Source: Candidatus Eiseniibacteriota bacterium (GTDB lineage: Bacteria > Eisenbacteria > RBG-16-71-46 > JABDJR01). From it: DNA of 64,000 nucleotides. Positions 39,973-50,575 of this stretch are shown in pieces (the first letter of the stretch is position 1; each line of letters begins with the position of its first letter). Both the position numbers and the translations under genes were made by a program. The notes beneath the pieces were generated by a model. That model saw only the letters and a list, made by a program, of their open reading frames with translations, made no database searches and was not told the DNA's origin. The DNA is taken from assembly GCA_963783375.1 (NCBI GenBank), contig CAWANH010000029.1, forward strand, positions 1,536,001 to 1,600,000, given 5' to 3'.

Positions 39973-41390
39973 GAGGACGTTCCCTGCGCGGCCGGCTGAC
40001 CTTCCTGCACGGATCGGCGATCGGGCTCTCGATGCTCATCTTTGCCGCGTCCGCGGTGTGGGTGACCGGCCACGTGCTGGAGCTGGAGGAGACGCGCGAG
40101 CTGGAGCAGACCTCCCGGAGGATCGGCGCCGACGTCGAGGAGGATCTTTCCCGAGGCGGCGAGCTTCCGGAAGTGGTCCGCGACGCATTGCAGGAGGAGC
40201 CCGTCACCGAAATCCGGATCGACGTCCACGATTCCCGTGGGATCCTCCTCGGTACGACGGGTTCCATGCGCCCGCGCCCGACCCCCTCGGCGAATTCCCC
40301 GGAAACCGGCGCTTCCACGACCACCGCGACCCGCGGGACCGAGGAAAGCCCCCGGCACCACGAACGTTTCGTCTCGACCCGGGGTTTCACGGTGGACGCT
40401 TCGATTCCCGTCGCCAGTCGCCGGCGGAGCATGACCGCGTTGATCCGTGCCCTGGCGCTCACCGGCGTCCCGCTCCTCGTCCTGGTGATTCTGGCCGAGC
40501 GGGTCATCACCACCCGGGCCCTGCGGCCGCTGGAGGACGTGACCCGGCGCGCGGACTCGGCGTCGGCGGAAGCCGGAGTGCGCTCGCTCGGTGAGCCGGT
40601 CGGAATCGACGAGGTGGACCGCCTCACCGCGGCGTTCAACCGGCTCCTGACCGGTCTGGATGACGCCCGCATGCTGGAGCGCCGCTTCGCCGCGGACGCT
40701 TCCCACGAGCTGCGCACCCCCCTGACCGTCCTCCTGGGAGAGTTGGAGCTGGCGGGCTCCGCCGTCCCTCCGGGGACCGCGGCGGCGGAGAGCATCGCCT
40801 CCGCGGGCGCACAGGCCCGGCGCATGAACAACCTGGTGGATGCCCTGCTTCTCCTGCGGCGCCTGAACGAGGAGGGGACCCGGCCCGCCGGAGAGTTCGA
40901 GACCGTGAACCTGGCCGACGTGGCCCGCGACGTGTGCCGCGCGGAGCTCGCCGCGCGACCGGATCGCGCCGGCGATCTGCGGCTCTCCGCGCCGGACGAG
41001 ATCCACGTCCTCGGACACCCGAGCCTTCTCGCCTCCGCCATGACCAACCTGGTGGACAACGCCCTCAAGTTCACCCAAGGCGGCGATGCGGTCGACGTGA
41101 CCCTGGAAGCCGTGGACGGCGAGGTCAGGGCGGTGGTGACCGACCATGGGCGCGGCGTGCCGCCCGCGGAGGTGGGCCGGCTCTTCGATCCGTTCTTCCG
41201 GGGCTCCGAGGCCCGGGCCAAGACCCAGGGCTTCGGACTGGGCCTTCCCCTCCTCCGCCAGGTGGCGCGAGCCCACGGCGGCGACGTGACCTACCGGCCC
41301 GCCCCCTCCGGCGGCGCCCGCTTCATCCTCCGGCTTCCATCGTGGGCGAACCCGCCGCGGACGGCTCCCCTACCCGAAGTCCGCCGGTAA
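39969..41390 (+). CDS. HAMP sensor histidine kinase
   Basis: Two TMs, HAMP, ASHELRTPL, NLVDNALKF, D.G.G, GFGLGL; ATGA overlap. Confidence 0.92.
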   Translation: MRGRSLRGRLTFLHGSAIGLSMLIFAASAVWVTGHVLELEETRELEQTSRRIGADVEEDLSRGGELPEVVRDALQEEPVTEIRIDVHDSRGILLGTTGSMRPRPTPSANSPETGASTTTATRGTEESPRHHERFVSTRGFTVDASIPVASRRRSMTALIRALALTGVPLLVLVILAERVITTRALRPLEDVTRRADSASAEAGVRSLGEPVGIDEVDRLTAAFNRLLTGLDDARMLERRFAADASHELRTPLTVLLGELELAGSAVPPGTAAAESIASAGAQARRMNNLVDALLLLRRLNEEGTRPAGEFETVNLADVARDVCRAELAARPDRAGDLRLSAPDEIHVLGHPSLLASAMTNLVDNALKFTQGGDAVDVTLEAVDGEVRAVVTDHGRGVPPAEVGRLFDPFFRGSEARAKTQGFGLGLPLLRQVARAHGGDVTYRPAPSGGARFILRLPSWANPPRTAPLPEVRR

Positions 41391-41540
41391 GCTCAATTCC
41401 TCCCGTTAAGCTGCGGTTCGGACTGGGTTGCTAGGCTGCCCTCATGTGGACCAACGGCGCCGACCGCTCGGAACAAGTCCTCTTCGTTCCGCGTGCTCGA
41501 ATCGCAGGACCCTCACTCATCGTGTATTGAGCTTCCCATC

Positions 41541-42824
41541 ATGATCCATTTTCACCGGATGCATTCATCGGGCGCGGCGGCCGCCGCCGCGCTCCTTCTC
41601 GTCGGGCTAGCCGCTCCTCCCGGAGCTTCGGCCCAGACCCGCCTCACCCTGGACGAGGCCCTCCAGGAGGCGCGCCGCGCCAACGCCCGGCTCCCGATGG
41701 CGGCCATCGATACCCTCATCGCCGGGGCTTCGGTGGAGGAAGCCCGCGGGGCCCTGGGGCCCGGCCTGGGACTCGACGGCGATCTCCACGGCGGGGCGCC
41801 CTCGAAATACGCCTCCGGCGACGCCCGGCTCCAGGCCGTGGTCGACCTCCCGATCTATGACGGAGGCCGCCTGCGCGCCGATCTCCACACCGCCCGCGCC
41901 GGGCTCGGCCTGAGCACGGCCCGGTACCGGACGGCGGTGGCCGATCTGGACCTGGAGGTGCGCCTCCGGTTCGCCGGGATCCTGGGGCTCGATCGGGAGG
42001 CGGAGCTGACGCGGCGGGGCCTGGACCGGCTCGAGCGCTACGTGGACATGATCACCGCGCGCAAGAGCTCGGGAGAGCCGGTGGCCGCGGACCTCCTCAA
42101 GGCCCGGGTCCGTCTCGACTCCGAGACGGCGGATCTCCACGACGTCGAGCGCCGGCGAGCCGACGCGCGCCTGGAGCTGAACGATCTCCTGGGGCGCGAC
42201 CCCGCCGACAGCCTGGCTCTGGTCCCGCTCCCCCCGCCGGCGCCGCCGGGACCCACGGGACAGGACCCCTGGGAGGCCGCGCCCGACCTCGCCGCCTCGA
42301 ATCTCGCCCACCAGATGGAGCTCACCCGGATCGACGCGGTGCGCGCGGAGCGACGGCCCCACCTGGACCTTTCCGCCAACGCCGGGGCCGAGCCCATCCT
42401 GGGGTCGAGCGACCTGGCGCCTCTCAACACCGGGCGGGGGATCGGCGCCGAGGTCACCCTCAACTTCTCCTGGCCGCTCTGGGACCGGGGCGCCTACCGG
42501 GGGCGGCTCCGGCAGGCGAAGCTGGGAGCGCGTCAAGCCGAGATGGAGACCGAGGCGACCCGTCGCGCGGTGCGTCTGGGCTGGAACGAGGCCCGGACCG
42601 ACATGGACCATCTCTACCGCCAGATCCAGACCTGGGAGCATGCGGTTCCCCTTGCCGAGGAGGCGTACTTGCAAGCCGAGAGTTCCTACCGCGGGGGCGG
42701 GGCCTCCGCCCTGGACGTCCTGGACGCATTCGATCAGTGGATCCAGGCCGGGCGAAGCGCCGCCCGGGCCGCCGCCGACTACCGGGAAGCCGAGGCACGC
42801 GCCCTTCGCTGGGGGAGGCCATGA
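41541..42824 (+). CDS. TolC-family outer membrane efflux protein
   Basis: Signal peptide, LTLDEAL..A...N, LPIYDGG, WPLWD.G, Y..G....LDVLDA. Confidence 0.85.
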   Translation: MIHFHRMHSSGAAAAAALLLVGLAAPPGASAQTRLTLDEALQEARRANARLPMAAIDTLIAGASVEEARGALGPGLGLDGDLHGGAPSKYASGDARLQAVVDLPIYDGGRLRADLHTARAGLGLSTARYRTAVADLDLEVRLRFAGILGLDREAELTRRGLDRLERYVDMITARKSSGEPVAADLLKARVRLDSETADLHDVERRRADARLELNDLLGRDPADSLALVPLPPPAPPGPTGQDPWEAAPDLAASNLAHQMELTRIDAVRAERRPHLDLSANAGAEPILGSSDLAPLNTGRGIGAEVTLNFSWPLWDRGAYRGRLRQAKLGARQAEMETEATRRAVRLGWNEARTDMDHLYRQIQTWEHAVPLAEEAYLQAESSYRGGGASALDVLDAFDQWIQAGRSAARAAADYREAEARALRWGRP

Positions 42825-43873
42825 CCGGAGCGCCGCTCCGCCGGGACGCGCGCTCTCGCGCCGGGGGGGCGGGGAACGGAACCGCGCGGGCGCGGGGAAT
42901 CCTGGCCCTGGCGGCGATGGTGACCCTGGTCGGCTGCTCGGGGGGCGCCGGGCGGGCGGACTCCGAGACCTCCGGCGCGTCGAGCGGCCCGGCCGCCGCC
43001 ACCCCGGTCCGGGTGGGTGCGATCCGGCGCGACACCCTCCGGGTCACGGTGACCGCCCCCGGCCGGACCGTGGTCCTCCGGGAGGAGACGGTGCGGGCTC
43101 CCTTCGCCGGCACCCTCACCCGGCTCGCGGTGACCGACGGGGATCGGGTCTCCGCGGGTGAGGAGCTGGGGCGGCTGGTCTCCCGGAGTTCCGAGGCGGC
43201 CCTCGAGGGCGCCCGGGCCATGCTGGCCTCGGCGCGGACCGCCCAGGACTCCGCCGATGCCCGCGACGCCCTGGACCTGGCCCGGCGGGATTGGGTGGAG
43301 CGGACCCTCGAGGCTCCCGAAGCGGGGGTCGTCCTCTCCCACGCCGCGAGCCTTGGGGACCGGCTGGGCGAGGGGGACGAGATACTGCGGATCGCCGCCG
43401 ACGGCTCGGCGGTGTTCCGGGCCGACGTGTCCCAGAACGATCTGGCCCTGATCGCGCCCGACCAACCCGCCCGGGTGCGCCTGGCCGCCCGCTCCGACAC
43501 CCTCGGCGGGACCGTCCACGGCGTCCTCCCCGCCGCGAGCAGCTCCACCTTCAGCGCGCCGGTGCGGATCGACTTCCGCCGGGGACTGCCCGTTCCCGCG
43601 GAAGGGCTTTTCGGCACCGCGACCATCGTGGTCGGGGAGCGCGCCGGGGTTCTCTCCGTCCCGGTGGACGCGGTCCTGACCGACGACGTCACCGGCGTGT
43701 CCCGGATCGCCGTGGTGGACGGCGGAACCGCGCACTGGATTCCCGTCCGAACCGGGGTCCGGGATCGCGGCCGGGTCGAGATCACCGGCCGGGGCATCTC
43801 CGACGGCGCCCGGGTGATCGTGTCCGGACAGGTGGGTCTTCCCGACAGCTCCGCGGTCCGGATCGCCTCATGA
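42821..43873 (+). CDS. RND efflux periplasmic adaptor (lipoprotein)
   Basis: Lipobox LVGC; lipoyl-like V.APFAG......GD.V..G; VP.DAV, V.TG; ATGA overlaps at both ends. Confidence 0.88.
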   Translation: MTGAPLRRDARSRAGGAGNGTARARGILALAAMVTLVGCSGGAGRADSETSGASSGPAAATPVRVGAIRRDTLRVTVTAPGRTVVLREETVRAPFAGTLTRLAVTDGDRVSAGEELGRLVSRSSEAALEGARAMLASARTAQDSADARDALDLARRDWVERTLEAPEAGVVLSHAASLGDRLGEGDEILRIAADGSAVFRADVSQNDLALIAPDQPARVRLAARSDTLGGTVHGVLPAASSSTFSAPVRIDFRRGLPVPAEGLFGTATIVVGERAGVLSVPVDAVLTDDVTGVSRIAVVDGGTAHWIPVRTGVRDRGRVEITGRGISDGARVIVSGQVGLPDSSAVRIAS

Positions 43874-46800
43874 CCGCTCTCCAGTCGATCCGGCGACGGT
43901 GGGTCGCCATCTTCGCCCTGGTGATCGTCCTGGCCGGCGCGGGGGCCTACGTGATCCGCGGGCTCCCCTCGGCGATCTTTCCCTCGGTCACCTTCCCCAT
44001 CGTCAAGGTGATCGTCGACGTGGGCGAGGAGCCGGCGGCCCGCATGATGCCCACGGTGACCCGCCCCCTGGAGGAGGCGGTCCACCGCGTGCCGGGCATC
44101 CAGGTGGTGCGCTCCACCACCTCCCGGGGCTCCTCGGAGCTCAGCACCCAGTTCGCCTGGGGCACCGACATGAAGGTGGCGCTCCAGCGCGTGCAGTCGG
44201 AGACCCAGCGCATCCTCCCCGACCTCCCCCCCGACACCCGGATCGACGTGGAGTGGATGAACCCGGCCTCGTTCCCCATCCAGGGGTACGCGCTGACCTC
44301 GAAGACCCGGAGCCAGGCCGAACTCCTCCGCCTGGCCGAGTTCACCCTGAAGCCGGAGCTGATCCGCATTCCCGGGGTGTCCCGGGTCGAGATCCAGGGG
44401 GGGCGGAAACGCGAGTTCCAGGTGCGTCTCGATCCGGCCGCGGTGGAGGGGCGCGGTCTCTCGGTGGGGGACGTGGTGTCGGCGATCCAGGAGAACAACG
44501 ACGTTCTCTCGGCCGGGTTGACCGAGGAGAACCACGAACTCTACCTGACCCTGGTGGACGGCCGTTCCCACGGACTGGACGACCTCTCCCGGCTCGCGGT
44601 GCCGGTTCCCGGCGCCTCTCCGGCCACCCTGGCCGAGCTGGGTACCCTGGAGGTGGCGGACGAGGTTTCCTACATCCGGACCACCGCCGACGGCGACTCG
44701 GCGGTGCTGGTCAACCTCATCCGCCAGCCCTCGGCCAACACCGTGGCCATCGCCGACGGGGTGCGCCGGCTGTTCCGGGAGAGCCCGGATCTCCTCCCCC
44801 ACGATGTCCGCTGGACCACCTTCTACGACCAGGCCCGGTTCGTGGCGGCCTCGGTGAACGGAACCCGTGACGCCATCCTGATCGGGGTGGTCCTGGCCGC
44901 GCTGGTGCTCCTGGCGTTCCTCGGCAAGGTGCGGCTCACCCTGATCGCCGTCCTCACCATCCCCTTCACCGCGGCCATCGTGGGCCTGGCCCTGGGCGCC
45001 CTGGACCAGACCGTGAACCTCATGACCCTGGCCGGGGTGGCGGCGGCGATCGGGCTGATCGCCGACGACGCGATCGTGGTGGTGGAGATGATCGAGCACG
45101 AGGCCTCGGAGAACCCCCACGGGGACCCGGCCGAGCGGGGCCTGGACAAGATCCTCCCCGCCCTCATCGGCTCCAGCCTTTCCACCACCCTGATCCTCCT
45201 CCCCTTCGCGCTCCTGACCGGGGTGGTCGGCGCGTTCTTCCGGCCGCTGGCCCTGACCATGGCGGTGGCCCTCACGGTGTCGTTCTTCCTGGCCTGGCTC
45301 TGGGTTCCGGCGGCGGTGGGCCGCTTCGGCATCCGGCGGCGGCACCCGTCCGAGGCCCCGCCGGACGAACCGGCCGGCGGCGAGTCGGCGCCGGAGGCGC
45401 GGAAGCAGGCGCCGGAGGCCGGGTCCTTGCGCGCCCGGTGGCGGGCGATCACCGCGACCCTGTCCCGAGGCTACGACGGGGTGGCGGCCTTCCTGGTGGA
45501 CTATCCGCTGGTGGCCGCGCTGGTGATCCTGGGGCTGATCGCGGGCACCGCGTACACCTACCGCCACATCGGCACGGACTTTCTGCCGAGCATGGACGAG
45601 GGGTCGATCATTCTCGACTACTGGACCCCGCCCGGGACCTCCCTCACCGAGACCGACCGCATGCTCCGCGAAGCGGAAAAAGTCATCCAGGAGGTCCCCG
45701 ACGTCCAGAGTTACTCGCGTCGCACCGGGACCCAGCTCGGCTTCTTCATCACCGAGCCCAACTCGGGCGACTACGTGATCAACCTGAAGCCGCGGGGAAC
45801 CCGCCGCCCGGTGGACGAGGTGATCGACGATCTCCGGACCCGGATCGCCGCGGTGGAACCGGCCATCAGCACCGACTTCGGACAGCTCCTGGAGGACAAC
45901 ATCGGGGACCTCACCGGGGGCACCCCCCAGCCGATCGACGTGAAGATCTTCGGGAGCGATCTCCAGGTGCTCGAGGACAAGGCCCGCCGGGCCGCGGACA
46001 TCATTTCCGGGGTACCGGGGGTCGAGGACGTGTTCGACGGCATCACCATCGCCGGTCCCGCCCTGAACATCCGGGTCGACACCCAGGCCGCTGGCGCGCT
46101 ACGGGCTCACCACCCAGGACGTCTTCCGGGCCCTGGAGCCGGCGGTCAACGGAACGGTGGTGGACCGGGTCCGGGTGGGCGACCGGGTCTACGATCTTCG
46201 CGTCCTGGCGCGGGGGGACCACCCCCTTTCCGATCTCCGCATCCGGGCCAACGACCCGCCGTCGACCCTGGTGCCGCTCTCCGAGCTGGCCAAGATCACC
46301 ACCGGGCCGCCCGAGGCCGAGATCGACCGGGAGAACCTCCGCACCTACTTCGGCGTGACCGCCCGCCTCTCCGGCCGGAGCCTGGGGGCGGGGATCGCGG
46401 ACATCCGGCGCGAGCTGGCCCGAAAGCTCCAGCTCCCCGCCGGCATGTCCATCCAGTTCGGGGGTCTCTACCAGCAGCAGCAGGAGTCGTTCCGACTCCT
46501 GCTCTACGTGCTCCTGGCCGGGCTGGCCCTGGTGGCGGTGGTGCTGCTCTTCGAGTTCGGGGACTGGCGGGCGCCGCTGGTGACCGCGTTCTGCGCGGCG
46601 GCGGTCCTGGCCGGGGTGCTGGTGGCGCTCCTGGTGACCGGCACCACCCTCAACATCTCGAGCTACGTGGGGGCGATCATGATGGTGGGGATCGTGGGTG
46701 AGAACGCGATCTTCGTGATCCACGAGGCGCGGTTGCAGCTGGAATCGGGGCGGACGGTCCGCGAGGCCTGGCTCAACGCGTCCCATCGCCGGCTCCGCCC

Positions 46801-46996
46801 GGTGGCCATGACGGTGCTGGCCACCTCGCTGGCCCTCGCGCCGCTGGCGGTGGCCCTCGGCCAGGGCTCCCAGCTCATGCAGCCCCTGGCCATCGCGGTG
46901 ATCGGCGGGTTCGTGCTCTCGGGGCCGATCGTGCTCCTCCTCCTCCCCGCGCTCTACCGCTGGCTGGACCCCACCGGGAAGCTCGGGTCGGCGTAG
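43870..46996 (+). CDS. RND efflux permease (AcrB/CzcA-like); frameshift near 46090
   Basis: FP.VTFP.V, N.MTL.G.AAAIGLIADDAIVVVE, FLPSMDEG; continues in the 46157-46996 frame with GIVGENAI and RLRPVAMT. Confidence 0.88.
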
Positions 46997-47042
46997 GCGC
47001 CGGACCGGGGATCGAAGGAGCGCCGGAATCGCGCCGGCGGGG

Positions 47043-47402
47043 TCAGCCGATTCCCAGCCCGCAGTCGGGGCACTCCCGGGGGCCGGTGGCGAAGGTGGTT
47101 CCGCAGGCCGGACAGGTGATCTCGGGAGCGTCGAGGTCGATCACGCACTCCGCCGCCGCGCGCTCGTCCTCGCCGGCGCTCCGGTACCAGTCCGCGCGCA
47201 GGGCGGCCAGGGCGTTCTCCGCGTCTTGGCTTGCGACCGCAAGCTGCACCTTGGGGCTTCAGGTGTTCCGCATCGCCGCCGGGCGGATGATGTGGGCCTC
47301 GATCCCGGCCTCGGTCAGGACGCTCCGATACTCCCTGATCTGGCGGATGCCCGCCTCGGCCAGGATGCTCAGTCCGGGCGCTTCGTTCACGTCTTTCTCC
47401 AT
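47043..47402 (-). CDS. Candidate selenoprotein: small protein with in-frame TGA (47261-47259) and C-terminal Zn ribbon CPACG...CPDCG
   Basis: One frame reads MEKDVNEAPG...IIRPAAMRNT-TGA-SPKVQLAVAS...TCPACGTTFATGPRECPDCGLGIG*; SECIS-like hairpin follows the TGA; alternative GTG start at 47390 has a GGAG RBS. Confidence 0.75.
47229..47244 (-). promoter_or_regulatory. Putative bacterial SECIS element
   Basis: GCUUGC-GGUC-GCAAGC, a perfect 6-bp stem starting 14 nt after the UGA, with a GGUC apical segment like the E. coli fdhF SECIS. Confidence 0.7.
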
Positions 47403-47663
47403 TCGCCCTGGCCCGGCCCGTCCACGAGCCGGCTGCATTGGGGCCTGCCTGAAGTCTAGCAGAGGCCGCGGACGCGGCCTCGGGGGATAGGACGCAGAAG
47501 CCCGGCCGGAGGTCACGATCCGGCCGGCGTTCGCCGACCGCGGTCCCCCCGGCACCCCGGGTGGGGTATGCTGGAGACCCCATGGCGTTCTGGTCCTTCG
47601 AGGTCCCGGTCCCGGATTCGGATCGGGGCTCGGCGGATCGCCGGTTGAGCGAGGCGGCGGACC

Positions 47664-48650
47664 ATGCCCACCAACGTACCTCCCCAGTACCGCGAAGCCG
47701 AGGCCCGCTACCGCGCGGCCCGCACCCCCGAGGACAAGCTGGCCGCCCTGGAGGAGATGCTTCGCATCATGCCGAAGCACAAGGGCACGGACAAGCTCCA
47801 GGCCGACGTCAAGGCGCGGATCGCCAAGCTCCACCAGCAGCAGGAGGGCTCGAGGCGGGGGGGCGGCGGCCGGAGTCACGTGATCGCCCGGGAGGGGGCG
47901 GGCCAGGTGGCCCTGGCGGGCCCCCCCAACGGCGGGAAGTCGTCCCTGGTGGCCGCGCTCACCGGGGCCGAGCCCAAGGTGGCCGACTACCCCTACACCA
48001 CCCTCGAGCCGGTACCGGGGATGATGCCCCACGAGGACGTCTTCCTGCAGCTCATCGACCTCCCGGCCATCTCCACCGAACACGTCGAGCCCTGGGTCTA
48101 CGACCTGGTCCGCCACGCGGACCTGCTCTGGATCGTGGTGGAGAGCGGCGGCGCGCTGGACGGGCTGGAAGCCACCCTCTCGCTCCTCGCGGCCAAGCAC
48201 ATCGAGACGTACCCGCTGGGGACGCCGGCCGGGGAGGGGGATCCCACCTGGGTCCGCAAGGCGGGCATCCTGGTGGTGACCGGCATGGACAAGCCAGGCT
48301 CCGCCGACAACCTGGAGATCCTTCGCGCGCTCATCGAGGCCCCATGGCCGATCCTCGCGGTGTCCCCGGTGAACGGTCACGGTCTGGAGGAACTCGGCCG
48401 GCGCACCTACGAGGCCCTCGACGTGATCCGGATCTACACCAAGGAGCCGGGGAAGCCTCCGGACCGGGTCCGCCCCTTCACCCTTCCCCGGGGCGCCACC
48501 GTGGCCGATCTCGCCGAGACCATCCATCGCGAGCTGGCCCAGGGGTTCAAGTTCGCCCGCCTCTGGGGGGAGGGGGTGTTCGACGGGCAGCAGGTCCAGC
48601 GGGACCACGTCCTCCAGGAGGGGAACGTGGTGGAGCTTCACCTGATGTAG
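47664..48650 (+). CDS. DRG-like OBG-family GTPase with TGS domain
   Basis: N-terminal PKHKGTDKL...K.RIAKL; G1 GPPNGGKSS; G2 YPYTT; RIYTKEPG; TV.DLA..IH, ARLWG, GQQV..DHVL. Confidence 0.88.
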   Translation: MPTNVPPQYREAEARYRAARTPEDKLAALEEMLRIMPKHKGTDKLQADVKARIAKLHQQQEGSRRGGGGRSHVIAREGAGQVALAGPPNGGKSSLVAALTGAEPKVADYPYTTLEPVPGMMPHEDVFLQLIDLPAISTEHVEPWVYDLVRHADLLWIVVESGGALDGLEATLSLLAAKHIETYPLGTPAGEGDPTWVRKAGILVVTGMDKPGSADNLEILRALIEAPWPILAVSPVNGHGLEELGRRTYEALDVIRIYTKEPGKPPDRVRPFTLPRGATVADLAETIHRELAQGFKFARLWGEGVFDGQQVQRDHVLQEGNVVELHLM

Positions 48651-50365
48651 GGCACCGCCTTCGCACCCGGAACCGCGAGGTAGAAGCGTCTCGTCTTCCG
48701 GTCGATGAGCGCGGAACGATCCCCCCCCACCATGATCCCCCAGATCTCCCCGGCGCGGATCTTGTGGAAGGCGTGGCCGGCCCGGGTGACCTCGTACCCG
48801 CCGAGTTGCAGGCTGTCCCGGGCCGCCTGGCCAAGAAGGAGCACCGGCCGTCCCCGTATCGCTTCGGGATCGCCGTTTCGGTTCACCGGCCAGACGCGGC
48901 CTCCGGTGAGGACCCGGATCTGGCTCAGGACCTGGTCGTTCAGTCCCACCGACGCCACGTCTTCGCCCGGGGGTACCGAACGCAGACCGAGGGCGAGGGC
49001 GGGCGCGGGGGAAACCGCGAACACCGGCCGGATGAGGACGTCGTACCCCCCGTAGAGAACGAGCATGTAGAGACCGATGGCCCCCAGACGAACGGGGTCC
49101 GAACGCTTCGAGACCAGGGCGTAGAAGACCAGGGCGGCGGCGATCCAGACCAGGCCGGCAACCAGGATCCGGGGGTCGAGGAAGAGCCCGATCGCCGAGG
49201 CGAGCAGTCCCGCGGCCACCCCGGCGGCCGGAAACCACGCCTTGAGCCGTCCCAGGAAACGGCGCACCGGGATCTCGGCCAGCGACTCGACCAGGAACGC
49301 GCCCAGAACCGCGGCCACCAGCGGATACGCGGGGAGGAAATACCGCGGCCGGAAAAGGTTGGCCGACGCGAAGATCACGAAGAGGACCAGGTACCAGGTG
49401 AAGGTGAACAGGATCGGCCCGCGATGGTCGCTCCAGAACCGCCCGAAGCTCCGCCGGGAAGCGAGGAGCACCGGAAGGACGAGGAGCGACCAGGGGAGGA
49501 AGTCCTTCACCAGGACCACGATGTACATCCAGGCGTTCACCAGGATCCGCACCGCCGAGGCGCCGAGCCGCACCCCGACCTGATCCCCCAGGAACACCCT
49601 GAGCGCCTCGGAACCGTGGAGCGCGACCATGGCCGCGAACCACGAAGCCCCCAGGATCGCCCCCGCCACCAGGCTCTTCGCGTCGAGGAGCCTTTGCAGA
49701 TCGCCGGGCCGGCGACGGCGGAAGTAGGTGAAGGCCCAGACGAAGAGCACGAACACCACCGGGAGGAGTCCCTTGGTTGCCACCGCCAGCCCGGCCCCGA
49801 CGTAGGCCATCCACGGATCGCGGGTCCGGCGCTCCCCCCCGAAGAGGAGGTGCACGAAGCCCAGGGTGCTCACGGCGAGGAAGAGAGTGAGGAGGACGTC
49901 GGGGTTGGCCCGGAGCGCGGCCCCGTAAAGCTCGTTGTTGGAGAAGGCGACCACCGCCGCGGCAAAGGCCGCGGCCTCGGAGCGGAAGAGAGCGCGCGCG
50001 ATCAACCAGGTGAGCCAGATGACCGCCCCGCCGGCCAGGAGGAAGAGGATTCGCGAGGCGAAGAAGCTCACCCCGAAGAGCTTGAACCCGGCCAGAACCG
50101 TCCAGTGGGTGAGGGCGGGCTTCTCGTAGAACGGGGTTCCGTCCGGGTAGGTGGGGGTGAGGACGTCCCCCGAGCGCATCATGTGGAGAGCGGCGTCGGT
50201 GTAGTACTGCTCGTCCGCGTGATAGCGGCTGGTCATGGGAAGAACCGGGAGGTGGAGGCCCACGAAGACGAGGATGAGAAGGAGAACGGCCGCTCCGGGG
50301 CGGCGCGGCCCGGACGCAGGCCGGGCGGCCTTGCGGCGGGCCGGGTTCGAACCGATGTCCAACAC
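48638..50365 (-). CDS. ArnT/PMT-like (GT-C) glycosyltransferase; start uncertain
   Basis: DEQYY...A..M..SGD.L.P...G.PFYEKP.L, ATKG, FLPWS, PRYFLP.YP; many TMs. Confidence 0.85.
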   Translation of the reverse strand: MLDIGSNPARRKAARPASGPRRPGAAVLLLILVFVGLHLPVLPMTSRYHADEQYYTDAALHMMRSGDVLTPTYPDGTPFYEKPALTHWTVLAGFKLFGVSFFASRILFLLAGGAVIWLTWLIARALFRSEAAAFAAAVVAFSNNELYGAALRANPDVLLTLFLAVSTLGFVHLLFGGERRTRDPWMAYVGAGLAVATKGLLPVVFVLFVWAFTYFRRRRPGDLQRLLDAKSLVAGAILGASWFAAMVALHGSEALRVFLGDQVGVRLGASAVRILVNAWMYIVVLVKDFLPWSLLVLPVLLASRRSFGRFWSDHRGPILFTFTWYLVLFVIFASANLFRPRYFLPAYPLVAAVLGAFLVESLAEIPVRRFLGRLKAWFPAAGVAAGLLASAIGLFLDPRILVAGLVWIAAALVFYALVSKRSDPVRLGAIGLYMLVLYGGYDVLIRPVFAVSPAPALALGLRSVPPGEDVASVGLNDQVLSQIRVLTGGRVWPVNRNGDPEAIRGRPVLLLGQAARDSLQLGGYEVTRAGHAFHKIRAGEIWGIMVGGDRSALIDRKTRRFYLAVPGAKAVPYIR

Positions 50366-50575
50366 GTTCCTCCGTGGGGTTCGCCGTCCCCGCGCTGCGG
50401 CTTCCTGGCGCCCGGCGCGCACTTTCCCGCCGCAAATCGTACCGAATCGATCAGGTTATGTCCGCAGTTTCGACGGCCGGGGAGGGAGATCTTGTTGATC
50501 CGCCCCCCCGGCCTGCCTATTCTCTGCCGAATGCCTTGCCAATGGTAGAGCGGGGTGCGGGAAGGAGCGAGGGAG

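Noticed and set aside
47259-47261. Genome-wide TGA reassignment (code 4 or 25) as the explanation for the in-frame TGA
   Set aside because: TGA is a true stop in many genes here, including ATGA overlaps at 12081, 39969, 42821 and 43870, so read-through must be site-specific.
47259-50435. 1058-aa minus-strand ORF
   Set aside because: Mostly Arg/Pro/Gly-rich shadow; only its last 47 codons look coding, as the N-terminal half of the candidate selenoprotein.
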